From contig OZ296652.1 of the NCBI GenBank assembly GCA_965655095.1, positions 21,328,001 through 21,392,000 of the forward strand: a DNA stretch of 64,000 nt, in the 5' to 3' direction. The DNA comes from Haplodiscus bocki. Lineage: Eukaryota. This document shows, piece after piece, positions 38,001-52,000 of this stretch. The notes beneath the pieces are model-generated. The model was not told where the DNA came from, ran no database searches, and saw nothing but the letters and a program-made list of their open reading frames with translations. Both the position numbers and the translations under genes were made by a program. The first letter of the stretch is position 1, and every line of letters begins with the position of its first letter.

Positions 38001-41000
38001 ATCCAAATTAGTCACAAAAATCGTTGTTCACTTCCACATATCATAATAAAGAACATCTACATATTTAGCAGAAATGCCTTGCAAATCTTACGTGGAAATA
38101 TTGTTCCTTATCAGATTGCCGTCACTATGCACTACTTCTTGGGGAAAAGTATTGCTCCGCTGGATTGCATTTCTCAGACAGCTTGTCGCTCTTTTAGGAG
38201 ACCTTGTTCCCCTGGATGATTTTTCTCAGACAGCATGTCTTCTCTCGAGATTTTAGAAGTTTCGCAACTTCCGTTTTTCTCAAAACCAAATGTAAACAAT
38301 GCAGTTTTTTCTGACAGTCCTCTCATTTTCGTGTGAAGCAGTCCTTTCTTTTATGGTCCTTCCATATACGGCAGAAAGAAATTAGTAACCCCTGCTACAA
38401 ATTTTTTGCCCTTATTTGTTTTTGGTTACCACAGTCAAGTTGCTAAGATCTCTACGTTTACTTCCCATGAATTTACTGAACACCGTTCACTGTAACGCTT
38501 TCCTTTACTTAGAACGCACAAGTCAATCCAGAAGACTATGCTATCCAAAAGACAAGGAAGAGTAAAGTAGTATACGTGACATATGCCCATTTGGGCGTTT
38601 CTACAGCACTAAAAGACTCAACCTCTCTACGAACTCCCAAGATCAACTCTCTCTGATTCTTTAGTCATCTCAATTTACTGCTGAAACATGAGTGTGCACT
38701 TTTCTTTGACAACAAAGAGACCTTATGCTACAGTTGACTCCTCCTAAACACGGAACTTGTTTTCATGCCTGTTGAAGTCAAGGTTGTGACTCAGGCACTT
38801 TTTACCCTGGCAAATGTTACAGCCTGTATTGTGAGTTTAGACACCATTAGTTGCATCGTCGGTAACAAAACATGACCTAATTTTTCAAAATTATCTGTGC
38901 ATGTCTATTATTTTAACCATATAAGTTGTTCATTGCTATGTTCGTTCCGCATCAGTTAAGATAATGCCATTTTTTCGGAAATTATTTTTTTGTTTTTTGA
39001 AGGAGATTTTTAAATTCAGAGACAATGTCTAATTGCTTAGATTTTTTGTTCGTAGTCATCAATTGGAAAAAATACGTAATTCGTTGGCTGAGTGTTTCCG
39101 AATACCAGATTAACGAAAGACGACTATATAAACGTCTTCCGGAAATTGTTCTTTTTTGGTAAAACTGTTGGTTTTCGTCCGGACATGGAACAGATTTTCT
39201 TCTGGCCAAGGTTCGATTTTGTCGATCCAGTGTCACCGATATATTTGCTGCACTGTTTTCTTGCTGTATGTTGATAACTTTTGTAAAGTAAATCCTTATT
39301 TGGTGCTCGTGAATCAACTTGGAATTTTTTTTTGCAACTTGATTGGTCATCAAAAGTTCTATTTGAGGAAAAATTCTACAATTTCAGGCCAAAATTGTAC
39401 CGCGAAGTAATGGCCTGTTTGGCTTTAATTCACCGAATTCATTTTTAATTTGAAACCATTCCAGTAGACAACACTGTTTAAAAAACCATTGCTGCTGATA
39501 TGTTATAAGCAAAATCATTTTTTTAAATCCAAATTAGTCACAAAAATCGTTGTTCACTTCCACATATCATAATAAAGAACATCTACATATTTAGCAGAAA
39601 TGCCTTGCAAATCTTACGTGGAAATATTGTTCCTTATCAGATTGCCGTCACTATGCACTACTTCTTGGGGAAAAGTATTGCTCCGCTGGATTGCATTTCT
39701 CAGACAGCTTGTCGCTCTTTTAGGAGACCTTGTTCCCCTGGATGATTTTTCTCAGACAGCATGTCTTCTCTCGAGATTTTAGAAGTTTCGCAACTTCCGT
39801 TTTTCTCAAAACCAAATGTAAACAATGCAGTTTTTTCTGACAGTCCTCTCATTTTCGTGTGAAGCAGTCCTTTCCTTTAAGGTCCTTCCATATACGGCAG
39901 AAAGAAATTAGTAACCCCTGCTACAAATTTTTTGCCCTTATTTGTTTTTGGTTACCACAGTCAAGTTGCTAAGATCTCTACGTTTACTTCCCATGAATTT
40001 ACTGAACACCGTTCACTGTAACGCTTTCCTTTACTTAGAACGCACAAGTCAATCCAGAAGACTATGCTATCCAAAAGACAAGGAAGAGTAAAGTAGTATA
40101 CGTGACATATGCCCATTTGGGCGTTTCTACAGCACTAAAAGACTCAACCTCTCTACGAACTCCCAAGATCAACTCTCTCTGATTCTTTAGTCATCTCAGT
40201 TTACTGCTGAAACATGAGTGTGCACTTTTCTTTGACAACAAAGAGACCTTATCCTACAGTTGACTCCTCCTAAACACGGAACTTGTTTTCATGCCTGTTG
40301 AAGTCAAGGTTGTGACTCAGGCACTTTTTACCCTGGCAAATGTTACAGCCTGTATTGTGAGTTTAGACACCATTAGTTGCATCGTCGGTAACAAAACATG
40401 ACCTAATTTTTCAAAATTATCTGTGCATGTCTATTATTTTAACCATATAAGTTGTTCTTTGCTATGTTCGTTCCGCATCAGTTAAGGTAATGCTCTTTTC
40501 TGAAAATCATTTTTTTTGTTTTTGAAGGAGACTTTTAAATCGGAGACAATGTCTGATTGCTTGGTTTTTTGTTCGAAGTCATAAATTGGAAAAAGTCTGT
40601 ATTTCGCTGGCTGAGTGTTTCTGAATACAAGATTAACGAAAGGCGACTATATAAACGTCTTCCGGAAATTCCGGAAATTGTTTTTTTGGTAAAACTCCTG
40701 GTTTTCGTCCAGACATGGAACAGATTTTCTTCAGGTCATGGTTCACTTTTGTCAAACCAGTGTCACCGATATAAATGCTGCACCGTTTTCTTGCTGTGTG
40801 TTGATAAATTTTGTAAAATGTATCCGTTCTTGGTGCTCTTGAATCAACTTGCAAATTTTTTTGCAACTTGATTGGTTATCAAAAGTTCTATTTACAGAAA
40901 ACTTCTACAATTTCAGGGCATAATTGTACCGCGAAGTAATGGCCTGTTTGGCTCTATTTCACCGAATTCATTTTTGTTTTGAAACCATTCCAGTAGACGA

Positions 41001-44000
41001 CACTGTTTAAAAAACCATTGCTGCTGATATGTTATAAGCAAAATCATTTTTTTAATCCAAATTAGTCACAAAAATCGTTGTTCACTTCCACATATCATAA
41101 TAAAAAACATCTACATTTTTATCAGAAATGCCTTGCAAATCTTACTTAGGATTATTGTTCTTTTTGTGATTGCCGTCACTATGCACTACTTCTTGGGGAA
41201 AAGTATTGCTCCGCTGGATTGCATTTCTCAGACAGCTTGTCGCACTTCTAGGAGACCTTGTTCCCCTGGATGATTTTTCTCAGACAGCATGTCTTCTCTT
41301 GAGATTTTAAAAGTTTCGCAAGTTGCTTTTTTTCAAAACCAGGTGTGTATTGTGAACAATGCAGTTTCTACCGACAGTCCTCTTATTCTTGTGTGAAGCA
41401 GACTTTTCTTTTAAGGTACTTCCATTTACGGCAGAAAGAAATTAGTAACCCGTGCTACAAATTTTTTGCCCTTGTTTGTTTTTGATTATCACAGTCAAGT
41501 TGCTAAGATCTCTATGTTTACTTCCCATGAATTTACTGAACACCGTTCACTGTAACGCTTTCCCTTACTTAGAACGAACAAGTCAATCCAGAGGACTTAG
41601 CTATCCAAAAGACAAGGAAGAGTAAAGTAATATAAATAAAATATGCCCAGTTGGGCCTTTCTACAGCACTAAAAGACTCAACCTCTCTACGAACCCCCAA
41701 GATCAACTCTCTCTGTTTTCCTAGTCATCTCAAATTACTGCTGAAATATGAGTGTGCACTTTTCTTTGACAACAAAGAGACCTTTTCCAACAGTTGACTC
41801 CTCCTAAAAACGGAACTTGTTTTCGTGCCAGTTGAAGTCAAGGTTGAGACTCATAAACTTTTTGCCCAGGTAAATGTTACAGCCTCTATTGTGAGTTCAG
41901 ACACCATTAGGTGGATCGGTAACAACGCATGACATAATTTTTCAAAATAATCTGTGCTTGTCTAATATTTTAACCATATAGGTTGTTCATTGCTAAGTTT
42001 GTTCCGCATCAGTTAAGATAATGCTTTTTTTCTGAAAATCACTTTTTTGTCTTTGAAGGAGACTTTTAAATTCACAGGCAAGGTCTGATTGCTTAGGTTT
42101 TTTGTTCGTAGTCATCAATTGGAAAAAGTTGTAATTCGTTGGCGGAGTGTTTCCGAATACCAGATTAACGAAAGACGACTATATATACGTCTTCCGGAAA
42201 TTCCGGAAATTGTTTTTTTTGGTAAAACTCTTGGTTTTCGTCCATACATGGAACATATTTTCTTCTGGTCATGGTTCGATTTTGTCGAACCAGTGTCACC
42301 GATATAATTGCTGCACCATTTTCTTGTTGTATGTTGACAAATTTTGTAAAATGCATCCGTATTTGGTGCTCGTGAATCACCTTGCAATTTTTTTTGCAAC
42401 TTGATTGGTCATCAAAAGTTCTTTTTACGGAAGAAATCTACAATTTCAGGCCATAGTTGTACAGCGAAGTAATGGCCTGTTTGGCTTTATTTCACATAAT
42501 TCAGTTTTGTTTTGAAACCATTCCAGTAGACAACACTGTTAAAAAAACCATTGCTGCTGATATGTTATAAGCAAAATCATTTTTTTAATCCAAATTAGTC
42601 ACAAAAATCGTTGTTCACTTCCACATATCATAATAAAAAACATCTACATTTTTATCAGAAATGCCTTGCAAATCTTACTTAGGATTATTGTTCTTTTTGT
42701 GATTGCCGTCACTATGCACTACTTCTTGGGGAAAAGTATTGCTCCGCTGGATTGCATTTCTCAGACAGCTTGTCGCACTTTTAGGAGACCTTGTTCCCCT
42801 GGATGATTTTTCTCAGACAGCATGTCTTCTCTTGAGATTTTAAAAGTTTCGCAAGATGCTTTTTTTCAAAACCAGGTGTGTATTGTGAACAATGCAGTTT
42901 CTACTGACAGTCCTCTTATTCTTGTGTGAAGCAGACTTTTCTTTTAAGGTACTTCCATTTACGGCAGAAAGAAATTAGTAACCCGTGCTACAAATTTTTT
43001 GCCCTTGTTTGTTTTTGATTATCACAGTCAAGTTGCTAAGATCTCTATGTTTACTTCCCATGAATTTACTGAACACCGTTCACTGTAACGCTTTCCCTTA
43101 CTTAGAACGAACAAGTCAATCCAGAGGACTTAGCTATCCAAAAGACAAGGAAGAGTAAAGTAATATACATAAAATATGCCCAGTTGGGCCTTTCTACAGC
43201 ACTAAAAGACTCAACCTCTCTACGAACCCCCAAGATCAACTCTCTCTGTTTTCCTAGTCATCTCAAATTACTGCTGAAATATGAGTGTGCACTTTTCTTT
43301 GACAACAAAGAGACCTTTTCCAACAGTTGACTCCTCCTAAAAACGGAACTTGTTTTCGTGCCAGTTGAAGTCGAGGTTGAGACTCATAAACTTTTTGCCC
43401 AGGTAAATGTTACAGCCTCTATTGTGAGTTCAGACACCATTAGGTGGATCGGTAACAACGCATGACATAATTTTTCAAAATAATCTGTGCTTGTCTAATA
43501 TTTTAACCATATAGGTTGTTCATTGCTAAGTTTGTTCCGCATCAGTTAAGATAATGCTTTTTTTCTGAAAATCACTTTTTTGTCTTTGAAGGAGACTTTT
43601 AAATTCACAGGCAAGGTCTGATTGCTTAGGTTTTTTGTTCGTAGTCATCAATTGGAAAAAGTTGTAATTCGCTGGCGGAGTGTTTCCGAATACCAGATTA
43701 ACGAAAGACGACTATATAAACGTCTTCCGGAAACTCCGGAAATTGTTTTTTTTGTAAAACTGTTGGTTTTCGTCCATACATGGAACATATTTTCTTCTGG
43801 TCATGGTTCGATTTTGTCGAACCAGTGTCACCGATATAATTGCTGCACCATTTTCTTGTTGTATGTTGACAAATTTTGTAAAATGCATCCGTATTTGGTG
43901 CTCGTGAATCACCTTGCAATTTTTTTTGCAACTTGATTGGTCATCAAAAGTTCTATTTACGGAAGAAATCTACAATTTCAGGCCATAGTTGTACAGCGAA

Positions 44001-46040
44001 GTAATGGCCTGTTTGGCTTTATTTCACATAATTCAGTTTTGTTTTGAAACCATTCCAGTAGACAACACTGTTAAAAAAGCCATTGCTGCCGATATGTTAC
44101 AATCAAAATCAGTTTTTTAAATCCAAGTTAGTCACAAATTTCGTTGTTCACTTCAACATATCACAATAAAAAACATCTACATATTTAGCAGAAATGCCTT
44201 GCAAATCTTACTTGGAAGTATTGTTCCTTATCTGATTGCCGTCACTATGCACTACTTCTTGGGGAAAAGGATTGCTCCACTTGATTTCGTTTCTCAGACA
44301 GCTTTCGACATTTTAAGAGAACATGTTCCCCTGGATTAATTTCTCAGACAGCAAGTCTTCCCTCAAAATTTTAGAAGTTTCGCAACTTGCTTTTTTCTCA
44401 AAACCAATTGTAAATTGTGAACAATGCAGTTTCTTCTGACAGTCCTTTTATTCTTGTGTGAAGCAGTCTTTTCTTTTAAGATCCTTCCATATACGGCAGG
44501 AAGAAATTAGTAACCCTTGCTACAAATTTTTCGCCCCTATTTGTTTTTGATTACCACAGTCAAGTTGCTAAGATCTCTACGTTTACTTCCCATGAATTTA
44601 CTGAACACTGTTCACTGTAACGCTTTCCTTTGCTTAGAACGCACAAGTCAATCCAGAGGACTATGGTATCCAAAAAACAAGGAAGAGTAAAGTAATATAC
44701 ATGAAATATGCCCAGTTGGGCCTTTCTACAGCACTAAAAGACTCAACCTCTCTACGGACTCCCAACATCAACTCTCTCTGATCCTTTAGTCATCTCAAAT
44801 TACTGCTGAAACATGAGTGTGCACTTTTCTTTGTCAACAAAGAGACCTTATCCTACAGTTGACTCCTCCTAAAAACGGAACCTGTTTTCGTGCCAGTTGA
44901 AGTCAAGGTTGTGACTCAGGCACTTTTTACCCTGGCAAATGTTACAGCCTGTATTGTGAGTCTAGACACCATTAGTTGCATCGGTAACAACACAGGGCCT
45001 AATATTTCAAAATATTCTGTGCATGTCTAATATTTTAACCATATAAGTTGTTCATTGCTATGTTCGTTCCGCATCAGTTAAGATAATGCTCTTTATTCGT
45101 AAATTATTTTTTTGTTTTTTGAAGGAGATTTTTAACTTCAGAGACAATGTCTAATTGCTTAGATTTTTTGTTCGTAGTCATCAATTGGAAAAAGTACGTA
45201 ATTCGTTGGCTGAGTGTTTCCGAATACCAGATTAACGAAAGACGACTATATAAACGTCTTCCGGAAATTGTTCTTTTTTGGTGAAACTGTTGGTTTTCGT
45301 CCGGACATGGAACAGATTTTCTTCTGGCCAAGGTTCGATTTTGTCGATCCAGTGTCACCGATATATTTGCTGCACTGTTTTCTTGCTGTATGTTGATAAC
45401 TTTTGTAAAGTAAATCCTTATTTGGTGCTCGTGAATCAACTTGGAATTTTTTTTTGCAACTTGATTGGTCATCAAAAGTTCTATTTGAGGAAAAATTCTA
45501 CAATTTCAGGCCAAAATTGTACCGTGAAGTAATGGCCTGTTTGGCTTTAATTCACCGAATTCATTTTTGTTTTGAAACCATTCCAGTAGACAACACTGTT
45601 TAAAAAACCATTGCTGCTGATATGTTATAAGCAAAATCATTTTTTTAAATCCAAATTAGTCACAAAAATCGTTGTTCACTTCAACATATCATAATAAAGA
45701 ACATCTACATATTTAGCAGAAATGCCTTGCAAATCTTACGTGGAAATATTGTTCCTTATCAGATTGCCGTCACTATGCACTACTTCTTGGGGAAAAGGAT
45801 TGCTCCACTTGATTTCGTTTCTCAGACAGTTTTCGACATTTTAAGAGAACTTGTTCCCCTGGACTAGTTTCTCAGACAGCAAGTCTTCCCTCAAAATTTT
45901 AGAAGTTTCGCAACTTGCCTTTTTCTCAAAACCAATTGTAAATTGTGAACAATGCAGTTTCTTCTGACAGACCTTTTATTCTTGTGTGAAGCAGTCTTTT
46001 ATTTTAAGATCCTTCCATATACGGCAGAAAGAAATTAGTA
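32050..46040 (+). repeat. Homogeneous domain 1, variant order A-A-A-B-B-C-A-A-B
   Basis: Near-identical chance ORFs act as markers: A type at 32934, 34458, 36008, 42089, 43622; B type at 37457, 38982, 45104; C type at 40557. Period 1524-1533 bp. Confidence 0.85.
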
Positions 46041-49000
46041 ACCCTTGGTAAAAATTTTTCGCGCTTATTTGTTTTTGATTACCACAATCAGGTTGCTAAG
46101 ATCTCTACGTTTACTTCCCATGAATTTACTAAACACCGTTCACTGGAACGCCTTCCCTGACTTAGAACGAACAAGTCAATCCAGAGGACTACGCTATACA
46201 GAAGAGAAGGAAGATTTAGGTAATATACATGACATACACCCAGTTGGGCGTTTCTACAGCACTAAATGACTCAACTTCTCCACGAGCTCCCAAGATCAAC
46301 TGTCTCTGATTCTTTAGTCATCTCAAATTACTGCTGAAACATGAGTGTGCACTTTTCTTTGACAGCAAAGAGACCTTATCCAACAGTTGACTCCTCCTAA
46401 AAACGGAACTTGTTTTTGTGCCAGTTGAAGTCAATTTGTGTCACTCAAGCACTTTTCATTCTGGCAAACTTTACAGCCTGTATTGTGAGTCTGGACACCA
46501 TTAGGTGGATAGGTAACAACACAGGACCTAATATTTCAAAATAATCTGTCCATGTCTAATATTTCAAACATATAGGTTGTTTATTGCTAGGTTGGATCCG
46601 CATCAGTTAGGATAATGCTCTCTTCTAAAAAACGTTTTTTTTTGTTTTCGAAGGAGACTTTTATATTCAGAGACAATGTCTGATTGCTTAAGTTTTTTGT
46701 TCGTAGTCATAAAAAGGAAAAAGTATGTAATTCGTTGGCTGAGTGTTTGCGAACACCAGATTAACCAAAGGCGAATTGAAATACGTCTTGCGGAAAATGT
46801 TTTCTGATGAAATTCTCGGCTTCCGTCCAGACATGCAACAGCTTGTCTTCTGGCCAAGGTTCGATTTTGTGGAACCAGTGTCACCGATATATTTGCTGCA
46901 CCGTTTTATTGCTGTATGTATATAATTTTTGTAAAATATATCCGTATTTCGTGCTCGTGAATCAACTTGCAAATTTTTTTGCAACTTGATTGGTCATCAA
47001 AAGTTCCATTTACGGAAAAAGTCTACAGTTTCGGGCCATACTTGTAAAGCGAAGTAATGGCTTGTTTGGCTTTATCTCACCCAATTCATTTTTGTTTGAA
47101 ATCCGTTCCAGTAGACAACGTTGTTGAAAAAACCATTGCTACTGATATGTTACAAGCAAAATCATTTGATTTAATCCAAGTTAGTCACAAAGTTCGTTGT
47201 TCACTTCCACATATCACAATGGAAAACATCTACTTATTCAGCAGAATTGCCTTGCAAATCATACTTGGAAATATTGTTCCTTATGTGATTGCCGTCACTA
47301 TGCACAACTTCTTGGGGAAAAGGATTGCTCCGCTTGATTCCATTCCTCAGACAGCTCGTCGCTCTTTTAGGAGAACTTGTTCCCCTGGATGATTTTTGTC
47401 AGACAGCATGTCTTCCCTCGAGATTTTAGAAGTTTCGCAACTTCCTTTTTTCTCAAAACCAAATGTAGATTGTGAAGAATGCAGTTTTTTCTGACAGTCC
47501 TCTCATTCTCGTGTGAAGCAGTCCTTTCTTTTAAGGTCCTTCCATATACGGCAGAAAGAAAATAGTAACCCTTGCTACAAATTTTTCGCCCTTATTTGTT
47601 TTTGGTTACCACAGTCAAGTTGCTAAGATCTCTACGTTTACTTCCCATGAATTTACTGAACACCGTTCACAGTAACGCTTTCCCTTACTTAGAACGCACA
47701 AGTCAATCCAGAGGACTATGCTACCAAAAGACAAGGAAGAGTAAAGGAATACACATGAAACATGCCCAGTTGGGCCTTTCTACAGCACTACAAGACTCAA
47801 CTTCTCTACGAACTCCAAGATCACCTCTCTTTGATACTTTAGTCATCTCAAATTACTGCTGAAACAAGAGTGTGCACTTTTCTTTGATAACAAAGAGACC
47901 TTAGCCTACAGTTGACTCCTCCTAAAAACAGAACTTGTTTTCGTGCCAGTTGAAGTCAAGTTTGTGACTCAGGCACTTTTTACCCTGGCAAATGTTACAA
48001 CCTGTATTGTGAGTCTAGACACCATTAGGTGGATCGGTAACAACACATGACCTAATGTTTCAAATAATCTGTGCATGTCTAATTATTTTACCATATAGGT
48101 TGTTTTTTGCTAGGTTTGATCCGGATCAGTTGAGATAATGCTCTCTTCTGAAAATCATTTTTTTTTGAAGGAGACTTTTAAATTCAGAGACAATGTCTGA
48201 TTGCTTAGGTTTTTTGTTCGTAGTCATAAATTGGAAAAAGTATGTAATTCGCTGGCTGAGTGTTTCTGAATACAGGATTAACGAAAGGCGACTATATATA
48301 CGTCTTCCTGAAATTCCGGAAAATGTTTTTTTTTGGTAAAACTCTTGGTTTTCGTCCAGACATGGAACAGATTTTCTTCAGGTCATGGTTCAATTTTGTC
48401 AAACCAGTGTCACCGATATAATTGCTGCACAGTTTTCTTGCTGTGTGTTGATAAATTTTGTAAAATGTATCCGTATTTGGTGCTCTTGAATCAACTTGCA
48501 ATTTCTTTTGCAACTTGATTGGTTATCAAAAGTTCTATTTACGGAAAAATTCTACAATTTCAGGGAATAATTGTACTGCGAAGTAATGGCCTGTTTGGCT
48601 TTATTTCACCGAATTCATTTTTGTTTTGAAACCATTCCAGTAGACAACACTGTTTAAAAAAACATTGCTGCTTGTATGTTATAAGCAAAATCATTTTTTC
48701 AAATCCAAATTAGTCACAAAAATCGTTCTTCACTTCCACATATCACAATAAAAAACATCTACATATTTAGCAGAAATGCCTTGCAACCCTTACTTGGAAT
48801 TATTGTTCTTTATCTGATTGCCGTCATTATGCACTAATTCTTGGAGAAAAGGATTGCTCTACTTGATTTCATTTCTCAGACATCTTGTCGCCCCTTTAGG
48901 GAGAACTTGTAGCCCTGGATTATTTTCTCAGACAGCATGTCTTCCCTCAAAATTTTAGAAGTTGCGCAACTTGCTTTTTTCTCAAAACCAAATGTAAATT

Positions 49001-52000
49001 GTGAACAATGCAGTTTCTTCTGACAGTCCTCTTTTTCTTGTGTGAAGCAGTCTTTTATTTTAAGATCCTTCCATATACGGCAGAAAGAAATTAGTAACCC
49101 TTGGTAAAAATTTTTCGCGCTTATTTGTTTTTGATTACCACAATCAGGTTGCTAAGATCTCTACGTTTACTTCCCATGAATTTACTAAACACCGTTCACT
49201 GGAACGCCTTCCCTGACTAGAACGAACAAGTCAATCCAGAGGACTACGCTATACAGAAGAGAAGGAAGATTTAGGTAATATACATGACATACACCCAGTT
49301 GGGCGTTTCTACAGCACTAAATGACTCAACTTCTCCACGAGCTCCCAAGATCAACTGTCTCTGATTCTTTAGTCATCTCAAATTACTGCTGAAACATGAG
49401 TGTGCACTTTTCTTTGACAGCAAAGAGACCTTATCCAACAGTTGACTCCTCCTAAAAACGGAACTTGTTTTTGTGCCAGTTGAAGTCAATTTGTGTCACT
49501 CAGGCACTTTTCATTCTGGCAAACTTTACAGCCTGTATTGTGAGTCTGGACACCATTAGGTGGATAGGTAACAACACAGGACCTAATATTTCAAAATAAT
49601 CTGTCCATGTCTAATATTTCAAACATATAGGTTGTTTATTGCTAGGTTGGATCCGCATCAGTTAGGATAATGCTCTCTTCTAAAAAACGTTTTTTTTTGT
49701 TTTCGAAGGAGACTTTTATATTCAGAGACAATGTCTGATTGCTTAAGTTTTTTGTTCGTAGTCATAAAAAGGAAAAAGTATGTAATTCGTTGGCTGAGTG
49801 TTTGCGAACACCAGATTAACCAAAGGCGAATTGAAATACGTCTTGCGGAAAATGTTTTCTGATGAAATTCTCGGCTTCCGTCCAGACATGCAACAGCTTG
49901 TCTTCTGGCCAAGGTTCGATTTTGTGGAACCAGTGTCACCGATATATTTGCTGCACCGTTTTATTGCTGTATGTATATAATTTTTGTAAAATATATCCGT
50001 ATTTCGTGCTCGTGAATCAACTTGCAAATTTTTTTGCAACTTGATTGGTCATCAAAAGTTCCATTTGCGGAAAAAGTCTACAGTTTCGGGCCATACTTGT
50101 AAAGCGAAGTAATGGCTTGTTTGGCTTTATCTCACCCAATTCATTTTTGTTTGAAATCCGTTCCAGTAGACAACGTTGTTGAAAAAACCATTGCTACTGA
50201 TATGTTACAAGCAAAATCATTTGATTTAATCCAAGTTAGTCACAAAGTTCGTTGTTCACTTCCACATATCACAATGGAAAACATCTACTTATTCAGCAGA
50301 ATTGCCATGCAAATCATACTTGGAAATATTGTTCCTTATGTGATTGCCGTCGCTATGCACAACTTCTTGTGGAAAAGGATTGCTCCACTTGATTCCATCT
50401 CTCAGACAGCTTTTCGCTCTTTTAGGAGAACTTGTTCCCCTGGATGATTTTTGTCAGACAGCATGTCTTCACTAGAGATTTTAGAAGTTTCGCAACTTAC
50501 TATTTTTTCAAAACCAAATGTAAATTGTGAACAATGCAGTTTTTTCTGACAGTCCTCTTATTCTCGTGTGAAGCAGTCCTTTCTTTCAAGGTCCTTCCAT
50601 ATACGGCAGAAAGAAATTAGTAACCCTTGGTAAAAATTTTTCGCGCTTATTTGTTTTTGATTACCACAATCAGGTTGCTAAGATCTCTACGTTTACTTCC
50701 CATGAATTTACTGAACACCGTTCACTGAAACGCTTTCCCTTTTTTAGAACGAACAAGTCAATCCAGAGGACTATGCTATACAAAAGAGAAGGAAGAGTTA
50801 AGTAATATACATGACATATGCCCAGTTGGGCATTACTACAGCACTAAGTGACTCAACCTCTCTACGAGCTCCGAAGATCAACTGTCTCTGATTCTTTAGT
50901 CATCTCAAATTACTGCTGAAACATGAGTGTGCGTTTTTCTTTGACAGCAAAGAGACCTTATCCAACAGTTGACTCCTCCTAAAAACGGAACTTGTTTTTG
51001 TGCCAGTTGAAGTCAATTTGTGTCACTCAGGCACTTTTCATTCTGGCAAACTTTACAGCCTGTATTGTGAGTCTGGACACCATTAGGTGGATAGGTAACA
51101 ACACAGGACCTAATATTTCAAAATAATCTGTCCATGTCTAATATTTCAAACATATAGGTTGTTTTTTGCTAGGTTTGATCCGGATCAGTTGAGATAATGC
51201 TCTCTTCTGAAAATCATTTTTTTTTGAAGGAGACTTTTAAATTCAGAGACAATGTCTGATTGCTTAGGTTTTTTGTTCGTAGTCATAAATTGGAAAAAGT
51301 ATGTAATTCGCTGGCTGAGTGTTTCTGAATACAGGATTAACGAAAGGCGACTATATATACGTCTTCCTGAAATTCCGGAAAATGTTTTTTTTTGGTAAAA
51401 CTCTTGGTTTTCGTCCAGACATGGAACAGATTTTCTTCAGGTCATGGTTCAATTTTGTCAAACCAGTGTCACCGATATAATTGCTGCACAGTTTTCTTGC
51501 TGTGTGTTGATAAATTTTGTAAAATGTATCCGTATTTGGTGCTCTTGAATCAACTTGCAATTTCTTTTGCAACTTGATTGGTTATCAAAAGTTCTATTTA
51601 CGGAAAAATTCTACAATTTCAGGGAATAATTGTACTGCGAAGTAATGGCCTGTTTGGTTTTATTTCACCGAATTCATTTTTGTTTTGAAACCATTCCAGT
51701 AGACAACACTGTTTAAAAAAACATTGCTGCTTGTATGTTATAAGCAAAATCATTTTTTCAAATCCAAATTAGTCACAAAAATCGTTCTTCACTTCCACAT
51801 ATCATAATAAAAAACATCTACATGTTTAGCAGAAATGCCTTGCAACCCTTACTTGGAATTATTGTTCTTTATCTGATTGCCGTCATTATGCACTAATTCT
51901 TGGAGAAAAGGATTGCTCTACTTGATTTCATTTCTCAGACATCTTGTCGCCCCTTTAGGGAGAACTTGTAGCCCTGGATTATTTTCTCAGACAGCATGTC

